In this document: positions 17,184 to 26,516 of the stretch, one piece after another
Position numbering within the stretch: the first letter of the stretch is position 1
Layout: each line of letters begins with the position of its first letter
Assembly (NCBI GenBank): GCA_964394325.1
Contig: CAYMVT010000001.1
Span: 1-29,136, forward strand
Length of the DNA: 29,136 nucleotides
Source of the DNA: an uncultured Candidatus Peribacteria bacterium
GTDB taxonomy: Bacteria; Patescibacteriota; Gracilibacteria; Absconditabacterales; Absconditicoccaceae
Direction: 5' to 3'
Notes under the pieces: generated by a model
What the model was told of the DNA's origin: nothing
The model's database searches: none
What the model saw: the letters and a program-made list of their open reading frames with translations, nothing else
Translations under genes and position numbers: made by a program

Positions 17184-17349
17184 TTAAATAGAGGCCACTT
17201 AAAAAGTGGTAAATTTGGCCTCTAATTTAATCAAAAGAAAAAGATCCATATTCTTTAAATGCAGTTATTTATTGCATTTTCGTTTTTCTTAGAGACTGCT
17301 TGCACTTTACAAGAATATGGAAATGAATACTTTTCAAGCAGTCTCTAAA
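17184..17349 (+). repeat. Structured intergenic element, copy 2 (inverted relative to copy 1)
   Basis: Contains a TAGAGG(CCA).../(TGG)CCTCTA hairpin with inner CCACTT-aaa-AAGTGG, a 14-bp perfect inverted repeat (17289-17302 / 17335-17348) and a crossing helix (17245-17263 / 17301-17321). It aligns to copy 1 over about 160 nt. Confidence 0.75.
17259..17348 (+). CDS. Putative small peptide, 29 aa (MQLFIAFSFFLETACTLQEYGNEYFSSSL)
   Basis: ATG..TAA frame inside element copy 2. FLETACTLQEYGN aligns with FLEVACTVQIYVN of copy 1. Confidence 0.3.
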   Translation: MQLFIAFSFFLETACTLQEYGNEYFSSSL

Positions 17350-17404
17350 TAAACTCTGTTTATATATTTATTTTCTTTATATCTTTTTTGAAGAATTTTT
17401 CAAT

Positions 17405-17550
17405 AAAAAAACCAAGGGGTCGTGGTACTTATTATCTCTACCCCCTATCTACAAAGTGGATGGCTCGATTCTGACAAGTCAGAATATACCGGCCTCCTTT
17501 ATTATAGTTGATGTGGAGGAGATAAAGATAAGCTCACCAACCCCTTAGGA
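17405..17550 (-). ncRNA. Rod-shaped ~145-nt ncRNA, 6S RNA candidate
   Basis: GC-richer than its surroundings. The ends pair into a long closing stem (AAGGGGU..UGGU..CUUAU..UAUCUC with the 3' end), then a central unpaired region, then an apical stem AUUCUGA-CUUG-UCAGAAU. G-U pairs favour the minus strand. It has an upstream TTGAAA-N16-TATTAT and a downstream U7. Confidence 0.55.
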
Positions 17551-17557
17551 TATTTTC

Positions 17558-17585
17558 ATAATATGAATTTAAAAAAAATTTTCAA
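17558..17585 (-). promoter_or_regulatory. Candidate promoter of the rod-shaped ncRNA
   Basis: TTGAAA (17580-17585), N16, then TATTAT (17558-17563). The -10 ends about 8 nt before the start of the RNA helix. Confidence 0.45.
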
Positions 17586-17657
17586 GACAAAATATTTTAT
17601 TATACAGTTTGATATTTCTGTAAAACCTTGAAAAATAAGTTTTTGATATTTTTTATT

Positions 17658-20600
17658 TTAAAAAAATCAGTCTACTCTAAAAGGGATAGAATATCTATAC
17701 AAAAGTTCTCCATCTTGATCGTAAAGTCAAGCTCTTATATGATCACCAACAACTATATCTCATTCATAATCAGCATAATGACATGGACAAGACATACAAT
17801 TAATAGCAGAGATTCAAGCTTGTTGTTGTATAAACTGTGGAGGGAGTATTTCATCGTCTTGATCATCTTCATCGTCTTCATCAATATCATCCTTTTCATT
17901 AACCACAACCTGAATGCTGTTTTGTAGCACAGCTCATTCTTGTAAATAGATTGTCTGAACAACATTAAAACTTCATGAATTATTATAAGCATGTTTTTTT
18001 TCTATTTCATCTATTTCAAGTTGAGTTCAATCTCACATATCCCATTCTACATTTTCTATTTGTTCTTGAGTAAATCAAGTAATATCTGTATAAAAACTTA
18101 TTTCCTGATCTATTATAGGTTGTGCTTCATTTACAGACAATTCAGATCAATATCAATCCTGCTGATCATCATCAACAACTGATATATTAACTTGACTTTC
18201 TCAGACAGTTTCTCAATTTTCATCATATCAAACTGCTTTTACAGTATAATTTCAAATTTCTGTTAATTCAAAATTTAATTCATCATCTGGTCATAACTGA
18301 TGTTCATCTCAATTAATCTCCCATACAACATGATCAACATCTCACTGATAATCTACAGTACAGTTAAATTCCTGTGGTGTAAAACCACTTAGAGGGTCAC
18401 ATTTCGCCTGCAAACTAATCCCTATAGCATCCTCATCGTCTTCATCGTCTTCTGTATCAAACATATCCGAACATGCATCTCCTATACCATCTCAAGTACT
18501 ATCAATTTGATCAGGATTATCATGAAATGGACAATTATCATAGTCATCATTATCAGAAGCTAAATTGTGTTGCTCTTGAAGTCTTGATAAATCCAAGTTC
18601 TCCTCATTATAAACACACTCACCATCCTCAACTATTTCATGAGTTATCAATCACAAAAGATTTTTATTACCATCCCCAGATATATCTGAATCACAAATAT
18701 CAGGAATTCAGTTTCAATTCATATCACATTGAAATTCTTCTGAAAGCTCATCAGGAGGTTTTGCACATATATTTTCACCAAATACATTGATTGTCAAACT
18801 GGCTGTAAGAACTCAAGAACCATCATTTTTGTAAACATACACCTTTATAGTATAATCTCAACTTGAATTATAAACATGTGTCATAGACAAATTAGATTGC
18901 CAATCTTGATAATGTTCCTCAATAGTTCAATCTCCAAAATTCCATTTTATTTTACTAATTTTTTCACTAGCAAGATTTTCTAAGTTGGCCTGAAAATTAA
19001 AATTAGTTCAAACTTCAGCGGATAGTTTATCTGCATCCAAATCAAGACTTGGCAAAGAAGATCAATCCTGAATTACATTGATTGTAACAACATCTCTTAG
19101 CAAAGTTCAGTCATCAAGATTGATTTGTTGAATAACTTGATAAGTTCAATAAGAATCAAAAGCATAAGAAGGTGATAATTGATCCAAACTAAAACTATTC
19201 CCATCTCACATATTCCAGTAAATAGATGATATATCATCTTCAGTAAATCAACTAATATTTGTATCAAAATTTATTTGTTGTCAAACCATGGGTTGTAGTT
19301 CATCTACGCTTAATTCAGATCAATATCAATCCTGCTGATCATCATCAACAACTGATATATTAACTTGACTTTCTCAGACAGTTTCTCAATTTTCATCATA
19401 TCAAACTGCTTTTACAGTATAATTTCAAATTTCTGTTAATTCAAAATTTAATCCATCATCTGGTCATAACTGATGTTCATCTCAATCAACCTCCCATACA
19501 ACATAATCAACATCTCACTGATAATCTACAGTACAGTTAAATTCCTGTGGTGTAGAACCACTTAGAGGGTCACATTTCGCCTGCAAACTAACTCACTCCT
19601 GTCAAGATCAAACATTAATCATCAAACTAGCACTAACAGTTTCTCAATTCGGTTTTTCTCAAGTGGCTACAACTGTATAAATACCTTCTGAAGTATAAAC
19701 ATTACTTGGAGAGTGTCACACTCAATAAGTTCAATCTCCAAAATTCCACTGAATATTTTGTATATCTCCTACAATTTCAGCAGAAAAATTTACATATAGA
19801 TCTGCTATACCGCTAGTTTTATCAGCTGATATATCAAATCAAAATTCTTCAAATTCTTCGCAAACACTAGCATCTTGATCAGGATTATAATGTAATGGAC
19901 AAACATCTTCTCACTCTCCCCATAAAGTTGGATCAATATTTCATTGGTCATCAACCAATCAAACTGGATTTTCGTATCAATCCCCAGATATGTCTGAATC
20001 ACAAACATCTCCCACTCCATCACCATCCATATCTGATTGATTAGGATTGTAATGATAAGGACAATTATCCAGATGATTTTTGACTCAGTCTCAACTATAA
20101 TCCAAGTCAAAATCACAATCAACTATATCAAAAGTTCTACTTGAAAATTTAATCAAATCTTGTCAGGAAATAAAGTCATCCATTTGAAGTTCAGATATTT
20201 CATCATTGGAAAATATACCAAAATCATCAAGAACATTCATTTCTGCCACAGGCCACTGTCATTGAGGAATATCTGGATAAGCACTAAATCAACAATCAAA
20301 AAGATTAAAAGTACAATATTTCATATAAGTTGAAAATTTTTCATAAGAATTAGGACTACAACCAATACTTCAACACCTATCATATTCTTCATTTATATTT
20401 TGAAGATCATTAACATTTAAGTATTGATACTCAAAACTGTCTTCTTCCAAAGAATCCAACCATCACTTTACTTCTTGCCAGTTTACATCATATTCTTGAT
20501 AAACATTTTGTCTTGTAATATTAAAAATAGCTTGTATAAATTCTGAATATGTTGTATTATTCGCTCAGCAAAACTTACCAGGACACCAAGGTGAGGTATC

Positions 20601-20993
20601 TGCTGGGTATCAATTTATATAATCCTGATATCAAGCATAAGCCACACACCAGTACTGCTCCTGTCATCAATGCTTAGTATTATTATAAATAATATCTTCA
20701 AAATTTTTATCAGGTTTTGATTGAAACTCAACAAACCATTCAGAATCTAAAGTGTCCTTCCAATGGGGTGATGGTATAGAACAGTCATGACAATTAACAA
20801 AATTTAGAATTTGAGCTAGTTCATAACGACTAACAGTTTCTTTTTCAAATATTTCTTGATAAGAAAATCACACATTTTCAAGATTTTTTACAAAATCATC
20901 ATTACTATTTTCAGAAAAAGATATTCACAAAAAAGAAAACAGCAAAAAAATTAAAAAAAATATTTTGAAAGGTTTTTTTAGTATATTTTGCAT
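17658..20993 (-). CDS. Secreted acidic surface protein: signal peptide, SLH-like Cys-containing N-domain, thrombospondin type-3 Ca-binding repeats, multiple PKD domains (1111 aa)
   Basis: Signal peptide MQNILKKPFKIFFLIFLLFSFLGISFS; YWCVAYAG..DYINGYP (SLH-like); DNCP.HYNP.Q.D.DGDGVGDVCD (TSP3, two clusters); W.FGDG...Y...G.Y.V (PKD, several copies); C-terminal CMSCPC. Confidence 0.85.
18139..18418. repeat. 280-bp direct repeat, copy A (intragenic)
   Basis: Nearly identical to 19312-19591; I counted about 5 substitutions by eye. Confidence 0.95.
19312..19591. repeat. 280-bp direct repeat, copy B (intragenic)
   Basis: Nearly identical to 18139-18418. Encodes SLQAKCDPLSG.TPQEFNC...VDDDQQDGYGSEL. 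Confidence 0.95.
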
Positions 20994-21156
20994 ATTTTTA
21001 TTTTTTATTTTTAAAATCGTAAGTGATAATTATTAGAAAGCCCAAGTTATATATAAGATCCAGCAAAAAAGTCTTTTGTTAAAGTTAATTTGCATTTTTG
21101 ATGTTTTTTAGGTTTGAATTAATTATAAACATTAATTTGCTTTTGTCCATATTTTT

Positions 21157-22008
21157 TTAAGGATTTTTGTGTTTATGACTTCAAATATATATAACCAACA
21201 TACCTAGAATTATAAATAAAAACATAAAATACTGAGTACTAGTAAGTCCATATATATAAGATAAAAACACATCATCTCTCAAAAATTCCATAAAGAACCT
21301 TATGATTCAATACAAGATTAAAAACAACCCCAATACAACTCAGGGTCTATATATTCAATACAATATTTTTTTGAAAAATACTAACATCAAAACTATAAAT
21401 AAAAACAATCACTCCCAAAAGCTTTGCAAAATGTTTGTATTTATTCTTAATTTATCATCAACATTTTCATAAACATAAAGCAAATTTACAGATTTAAAAA
21501 AATCCTTTAACCCTCAAGATAGATAAAAACTTTTAATCTGTTCCAAAGGTTTGCCATATAATTCTTGATTTAAAAAATTTCAAATTCTAACAAGCATTAT
21601 ACCAAAAGGCACTATCAAAACAATTAAATCTCACAGTACGAATAAATCCTTCAATGAAAGTTTGTATTTTTTTTTGATATACAATGTAGCAAGAAATAAT
21701 CATATAGCTCATCATACAAGAGCCATTCATCACTCCCATATATAAAAAACATTTAAAGGATTTTGTATAAAAAAAGCCAAATCATAAAAAAGAACATATC
21801 AAAGTCTCCCTCACACTATCACACCCAAAACTGCAAACAAAACAAAATCATCAAGTCAAGTGGTTAGTAGTTTTTTTATATTTGGAAAATTATTCAACAA
21901 AACAGTTTTTCACAAATAATACAAAAATACATATCCAAAAACAAAAGATATAAGATAAAATATTCAATACCAATAAACACTAAATCCAAATATTTCAAAG
22001 GCAGGCAT
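21157..22008 (-). CDS. lgt: Prolipoprotein diacylglyceryl transferase (283 aa), atypical
   Basis: VYWYGIFY, GVIVGGRLGYVLFY, YIWEGGM, RIGNFLNQELYG, YG..RFFMEFLR and the terminal QY motif match Lgt. Confidence 0.9.
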
Positions 22009-22035
22009 TTTATAAAAATTGATGTTAAATAAAAA

Positions 22036-23616
22036 TTAAACTACTCTCCTAATTTCATCAAGTGTTGTATATCATTGCAAAAGTTTGATATATGCATCAT
22101 CTTTTAATTTTAAGTATCAGTTTTGTCTAGCCTGAGACAGTAAAGATATTTGAGAAACTCATGAAAGAATACTATTCTTAATATCATCGTTAATCTCAAA
22201 AGTCTCTACCGCAGCTATCCTTCAAGAAAATCCATCAGCTCAACATTCTTCACATCCAGCAGGAATAGGTATATTTCAGTCAAAATTGATCTGGACATCT
22301 TTACTTATACTTTTGATTGACTTCAGATTTGATTTAATATCTTCTGCTTCAGCAACAGTTGCTTTTTTGTTTTGTTTACAGTCATGAAGTTTTCTTAACA
22401 ATCTTTGTCAAATGATTAAATTCAATGCAGGAGCAAGCATATAAGGTTTGACTCACATACTCAAAAGTCTAGATACAGCCTCAATAGAACTATTGGTATG
22501 TAAAGTAGATATTACCAAGTGTCATGTCAATGCAGCATTTATAGCAATTTCTGCAGTTTCAAGTGTTCTTATCTCTCATACCATTATCACTTCTGGATCT
22601 TGTCTTAGAACGGTTTTTAATCAATCTTCATAATTATATCAATTCTTAGGTGAAATTTGACTCTGTTGTATCCCTGGCAACTCATATTCTACAGGATCTT
22701 CTAAAGTTATTATTTTTTTACCAGGATCATTCAAATAATTTAGCATAGAATACAAAGTAGTAGTCTTACCAGATCAAGTAGGACCTGTGACAAGAATCAT
22801 TCACTGATTTGTTTTAAGATTTCTACTCAATATACTCAAAGATTCTCACATAAATCAAATTTCTGAAAATCACATTATCGACTTTCCAGAATCCAAAAAT
22901 CTCATAACAATACTTTCTCATCTCAGTCAAGGCATAAAACTTACCCTTACATCAATTTTTTGGGTCTTGAGGTCATCTTGATAACTCAAAAAATCAAATC
23001 TACCATCTTGTGGAACTTTGGAAATATTTACTCTTACTCAGGACATAAATTTAAGTTTTACTAAATATTTCTGAAAATGTTGTAAATCAAATACAAGTAG
23101 TGTCTTCAAAACTCAATCTCTTCTGACACGAAGCACCACTCAAGTTTCTTCAGGCTGAAAATGCAAGTCCGATGCTCATGATTGAAAAGCTAGCCTAATT
23201 ATTTCAGTAATAAACTCCTGTTCAGTATAATTTTGTCTGTTATCGTAAATTTTTTTGATCATATCCAATGCAAACTTTCATTTTACTGTTTTTTTGTACT
23301 TTATAGATTCTGCTTCTTTTTCTTCTTTTTTGAAAAGTTCTTCGTACCAATTAATAGCATAATCAAATCACATTTTATCAGTATAATAAAAATCACATTT
23401 GTATCACTTGGTGGAAATTCTATCTATTATCTGATTGAGAATTCAAGGATAATTATTAGTAGTTAGTACACACAAATAGTTTCATTGTCAGTCAAAAACT
23501 ACTGCCTCAGATTTTTTTGCAATATCATAAGAAAGTATCTTTACTTTTTCAAAATCTGGACTCAAAGATTTTATATCTGATAAATCTAATATTTTGTTTT
23601 TGATTTGATTTTTCAT
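22036..23616 (-). CDS. Type IV pilus / type II secretion assembly ATPase, PilB/GspE family (526 aa)
   Basis: [29 protein letters not shown]...[10 protein letters not shown], Walker [49 protein letters not shown] and a tetracysteine-like segment. Confidence 0.95.
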
Positions 23617-23634
23617 TTATTGTTTTTATTTTGT

Positions 23635-25218
23635 CTAGATTAAATCATCGTATGTATATGTATTAAAAACATATTTACCGCTTGTAGAATCTTTTTCTTT
23701 TATTTGTATTAGTGTCTCTTCAGGGACCATTCATGCTTTTGCAATTCTGATAAAATCCTGCTGATCAGAAACAAATTCTTTAGTAGATTTTCACTTTCCT
23801 GCAGGAATAAATATTCTGCACAATCAACGATTAGTAAGATATTCTTGAAGAATTTTTTCAGCACAAACATCTTCACAATCAGAAAAAGGGAAGTAATTAT
23901 ATTCATGCAATAAGTTTTTTATTACTCTTTTGGCATATGGCAAAGATACGTATCACTGCATTCTTATAACTGACTCCAAAATGTTTAATCATTCTTTTAT
24001 AGGATGTGCATTATATCAAGATTCATTTTTATTATCCACTAAAACTATCTGAAATTCAATTGATTGGGTTAGATCATCTCCCATTTTTGCCGGTCAGATT
24101 AACTTCATATCTTTGTATCACTTTCAACTAGTTTCTTTTCTTGAAGGTCATTTTTGAATAAAACTATCCATGAACTCTACAAAATCTTCGGTAAAAACAT
24201 GCTTATTTTCCCTGTAATATTTAAAATCAAAGACTTCTTTATCTTTAAAAACAATGTTTAAAGTATCTGCACCAAACAATGTATGAAAAACATGTTCCAA
24301 TAGATGAACTGCATCTTTTCAGTTTTTAACCTCTGCTTTAAATCATGCCAAATCCATTATAGATTTCATATTGTTATATTCATATTGAGAGAGCATTTTT
24401 AATAATACACTTTCTTCAGTTTTTGGTCTTCATATAAGGTCAAATTCTATTGGTTTATGTCAATTATATCATTTTGGAGATGTTTTGAATTTTTTAATAC
24501 AAAAATCATTATAAGAAACATTTTTTGCTTCCTTATTTTCAGTATTATTATCTAATGTTTTGAAATATTTTTCACACTGAAAGTTGTCTCCTATATATTC
24601 AAAATGTTCGTTGGATGCAGAAAAAAAATAATTATTTATTCTATCATAATCTTGTTTGGCTTTTTCAAGTTGTCATGAACTTCTTATCAGATACAATATG
24701 GAAATTATTTTCAGTAAATTACATGTTATTTGTTTATAAGGAGGTTTTTTATTATTTAATTTACCAGTTTTTCATTTTACAAATTTATATAAAGATTCAA
24801 AATCATTAAACATTATCTCTTCTTCCTTGTCTTTTTGAAAAAAAGATTTAGGGACTGTTCTATAAAAGACTCTTTGATATATATCAATTGCATCGTTAAA
24901 ATATTGTGCTATTAGTTTATATCACTCAGCTGAAATTTCATAATTTCCTTTGTCTCTTATATTTTCTTCTCAAACAATATTTGCTATAAAATGAAAAACT
25001 TCTTCCTTGTCAAACATCTGCATATTAAAAAAATCTATTATACTTATACCCTTTTGTTCCTTAATATGTTTATAACTAACTTCATTAAAGAAATTTTCAA
25101 TTAACATTTTAACAGTTAAATTATCAACACTTTTTTTCTTAGAGTAGTCAAGTTGTAAGAAATTATCAGCTTCTCAATGAACCTCTAACTCTTTAGTAGA
25201 TTTTTTTTTGCTTTTCAT
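23635..25218 (-). CDS. TIGR04552/TIGR04562-like protein with a RelA/SpoT-type nucleotidyltransferase domain (527 aa)
   Basis: One frame under table 25. GRPKTEESVLLKML (RxKxxxSxxxK), IMDLAGFK, SGKGYKD and IEFQIV....NESGYNAH follow the order of the RSH synthetase motifs. The helical N-terminal half resembles TIGR04552 proteins as I recall them. Confidence 0.65.
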
Positions 25219-25253
25219 AACAAATGAATAAAAAAATAAAAGGCATCTCTTTT

Positions 25254-25282
25254 ATTATATTCATTTAAACAAAATTTGTCAA
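25254..25282 (-). promoter_or_regulatory. Consensus sigma70 promoter for the nucleotidyltransferase-pilB-lgt operon
   Basis: Exact TTGACA (25277-25282), N17, TATAAT (25254-25259), ending 35 nt upstream of the ATG at 25218. Confidence 0.8.
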
Positions 25283-25312
25283 ATTATAATAGACAAAACA
25301 AATCGTAATTTT

Positions 25313-26437
25313 CTAATTTGATATATATACAGCAACATTATCTCAAACATCTTGGAAAAGCTTTTTTGCAAAATAACCAGGTAGTCTTATACATCACCTG
25401 GACCTATCACTACCGTCAGTATAGCCTGCATGTATAAAGTAAGGAAAATGACCAGGTCAATTTCAAATAATATCTAACTGTATAGAATAAGGCATTGGAA
25501 AATTGTCATATTTATAAGATACTTTCTGTGCTTGTTTGTATCAAGTAGTACGAAACAATCAATTAGGTGTATTATTCCCTTGTATTCATAGAGAAGAATA
25601 GGATGTCATTTGCAATACTCATCTATCATAATATCATAATATTCAGTTCCCCTGTCCATCTCTTTGTATTACAATAATTTCATCATCAGCTAATTCTTCA
25701 GACTTAATGTCGTTATTTTGACTGATATAATCTTCCAAATTATAATGGAAATACTTTAAAAGCTCTGGTAATATATCTTTTACATATATTTTTTGAGGAA
25801 GCTGATTTATCTGTGTATGCTCATTTATATTCAAGCCATCTTGATAACTAAAGTGCCTTTTATAGTTATTATATCAAAAATAGTATCATATATTCTTATT
25901 TATATCATTGTAATTACTTATAATAGAATCTTTTAATCTGGAAGTATTTATATGTTGAACTCAAATTTCTCATTCATAAATCTTATTCTCAAGATCTCAT
26001 ACAAATGGTTCTTGTATAGATACTTCGGATGTTTTTTTATCTTCTACTTCTTCATGTTTTTCTTTATCAGGAACGTCATCATCTAAAAAAGACTTATCAA
26101 CTGTCAATTTAATTTTTTCTCATAAGAATAATTCTTTTTTAAGTCTTCCAAAGCTCATATCATTAGATATATAGTAAGATTTATCATCGTCTCGTTCCAA
26201 CATAGTAGAAACTCTTCAATCAATTTCAATATATATATAATTAGTTCACAAGTAAGTTGAAAGATATTTATCTATAAAATCTGATGAATTATAACCACTC
26301 AAAACTTCTAGTATTTTCTTATCATTTTGATTTACAAAACTATCCAATATGTCTATTGTATCCGCACTAGCAGGAGAATTTATTCAAACAGTTAAAAATA
26401 ACATACTACTACAAAGCATACTATTTTTCTTATTCAT
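25313..26437 (-). CDS. Exported L,D-transpeptidase family (YkuD) protein (374 aa)
   Basis: N-terminal signal peptide, then C-terminal MPYSIQL...YFIHAG......SRGCIRLP...AKKLF with the catalytic His and Cys. The Gly of the SxGC motif is TGA. Confidence 0.85.
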
Positions 26438-26474
26438 AAAATTTTTCAAATATTAAATTATAAAGGTAACTATA

Positions 26475-26504
26475 AGTATATAATCAAAAAATTAAATAAG
26501 TCAA
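26475..26504 (-). promoter_or_regulatory. Candidate promoter for the L,D-transpeptidase gene
   Basis: TTGACT (26499-26504), N18, TATACT (26475-26480); alternatively N16-TATATA. Confidence 0.5.
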
Positions 26505-26516
26505 CATTTTAACCAA

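Noticed and set aside
17289-17348. 14-bp inverted repeat as an invertible promoter switch
   Set aside because: The 32-bp spacer is very short for a recombinase-driven inversion, there is no invertase in the window, and the covarying homolog at 14516-14572 points to a conserved hairpin instead.
14516-17349. Integron attC sites or Xer/dif (pdif) sites as the identity of the repeats
   Set aside because: There are no RYYYAAC...GTTRRRY core sites in the required order, no 11-6-11 dif-like arrangement and no integrase nearby, and the copies are inverted rather than direct.
17405-17550. SRP (4.5S) RNA, tmRNA or RNase P as the identity of the rod RNA
   Set aside because: It lacks the SRP GGAA loop and AGCA motif, a tRNA-like end, and the RNase P P4 signature.
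21157-22008. Prepilin peptidase call for the membrane gene downstream of pilB
   Set aside because: There are no CxxC pairs or GxGD motif, while the Lgt motifs (WYG, GGRLGY, RIGNF, EFLR) are present.
24292-24306. HLLEH motif suggesting an M16 (HxxEH) zinc peptidase
   Set aside because: It sits mid-protein in the helix after the DxxG motif, the downstream M16 Glu ligand and fold signatures are not evident, and the flanking motifs fit an RSH-type nucleotidyltransferase better.
10532-25209. Homopolymer tracts of 8-10 nt in coding regions (for example 10532-10541, 15789-15797, 25201-25209) as phase-variation switches
   Set aside because: Such A/T runs are expected at this base composition, they encode Lys or Phe runs, and all frames are intact.
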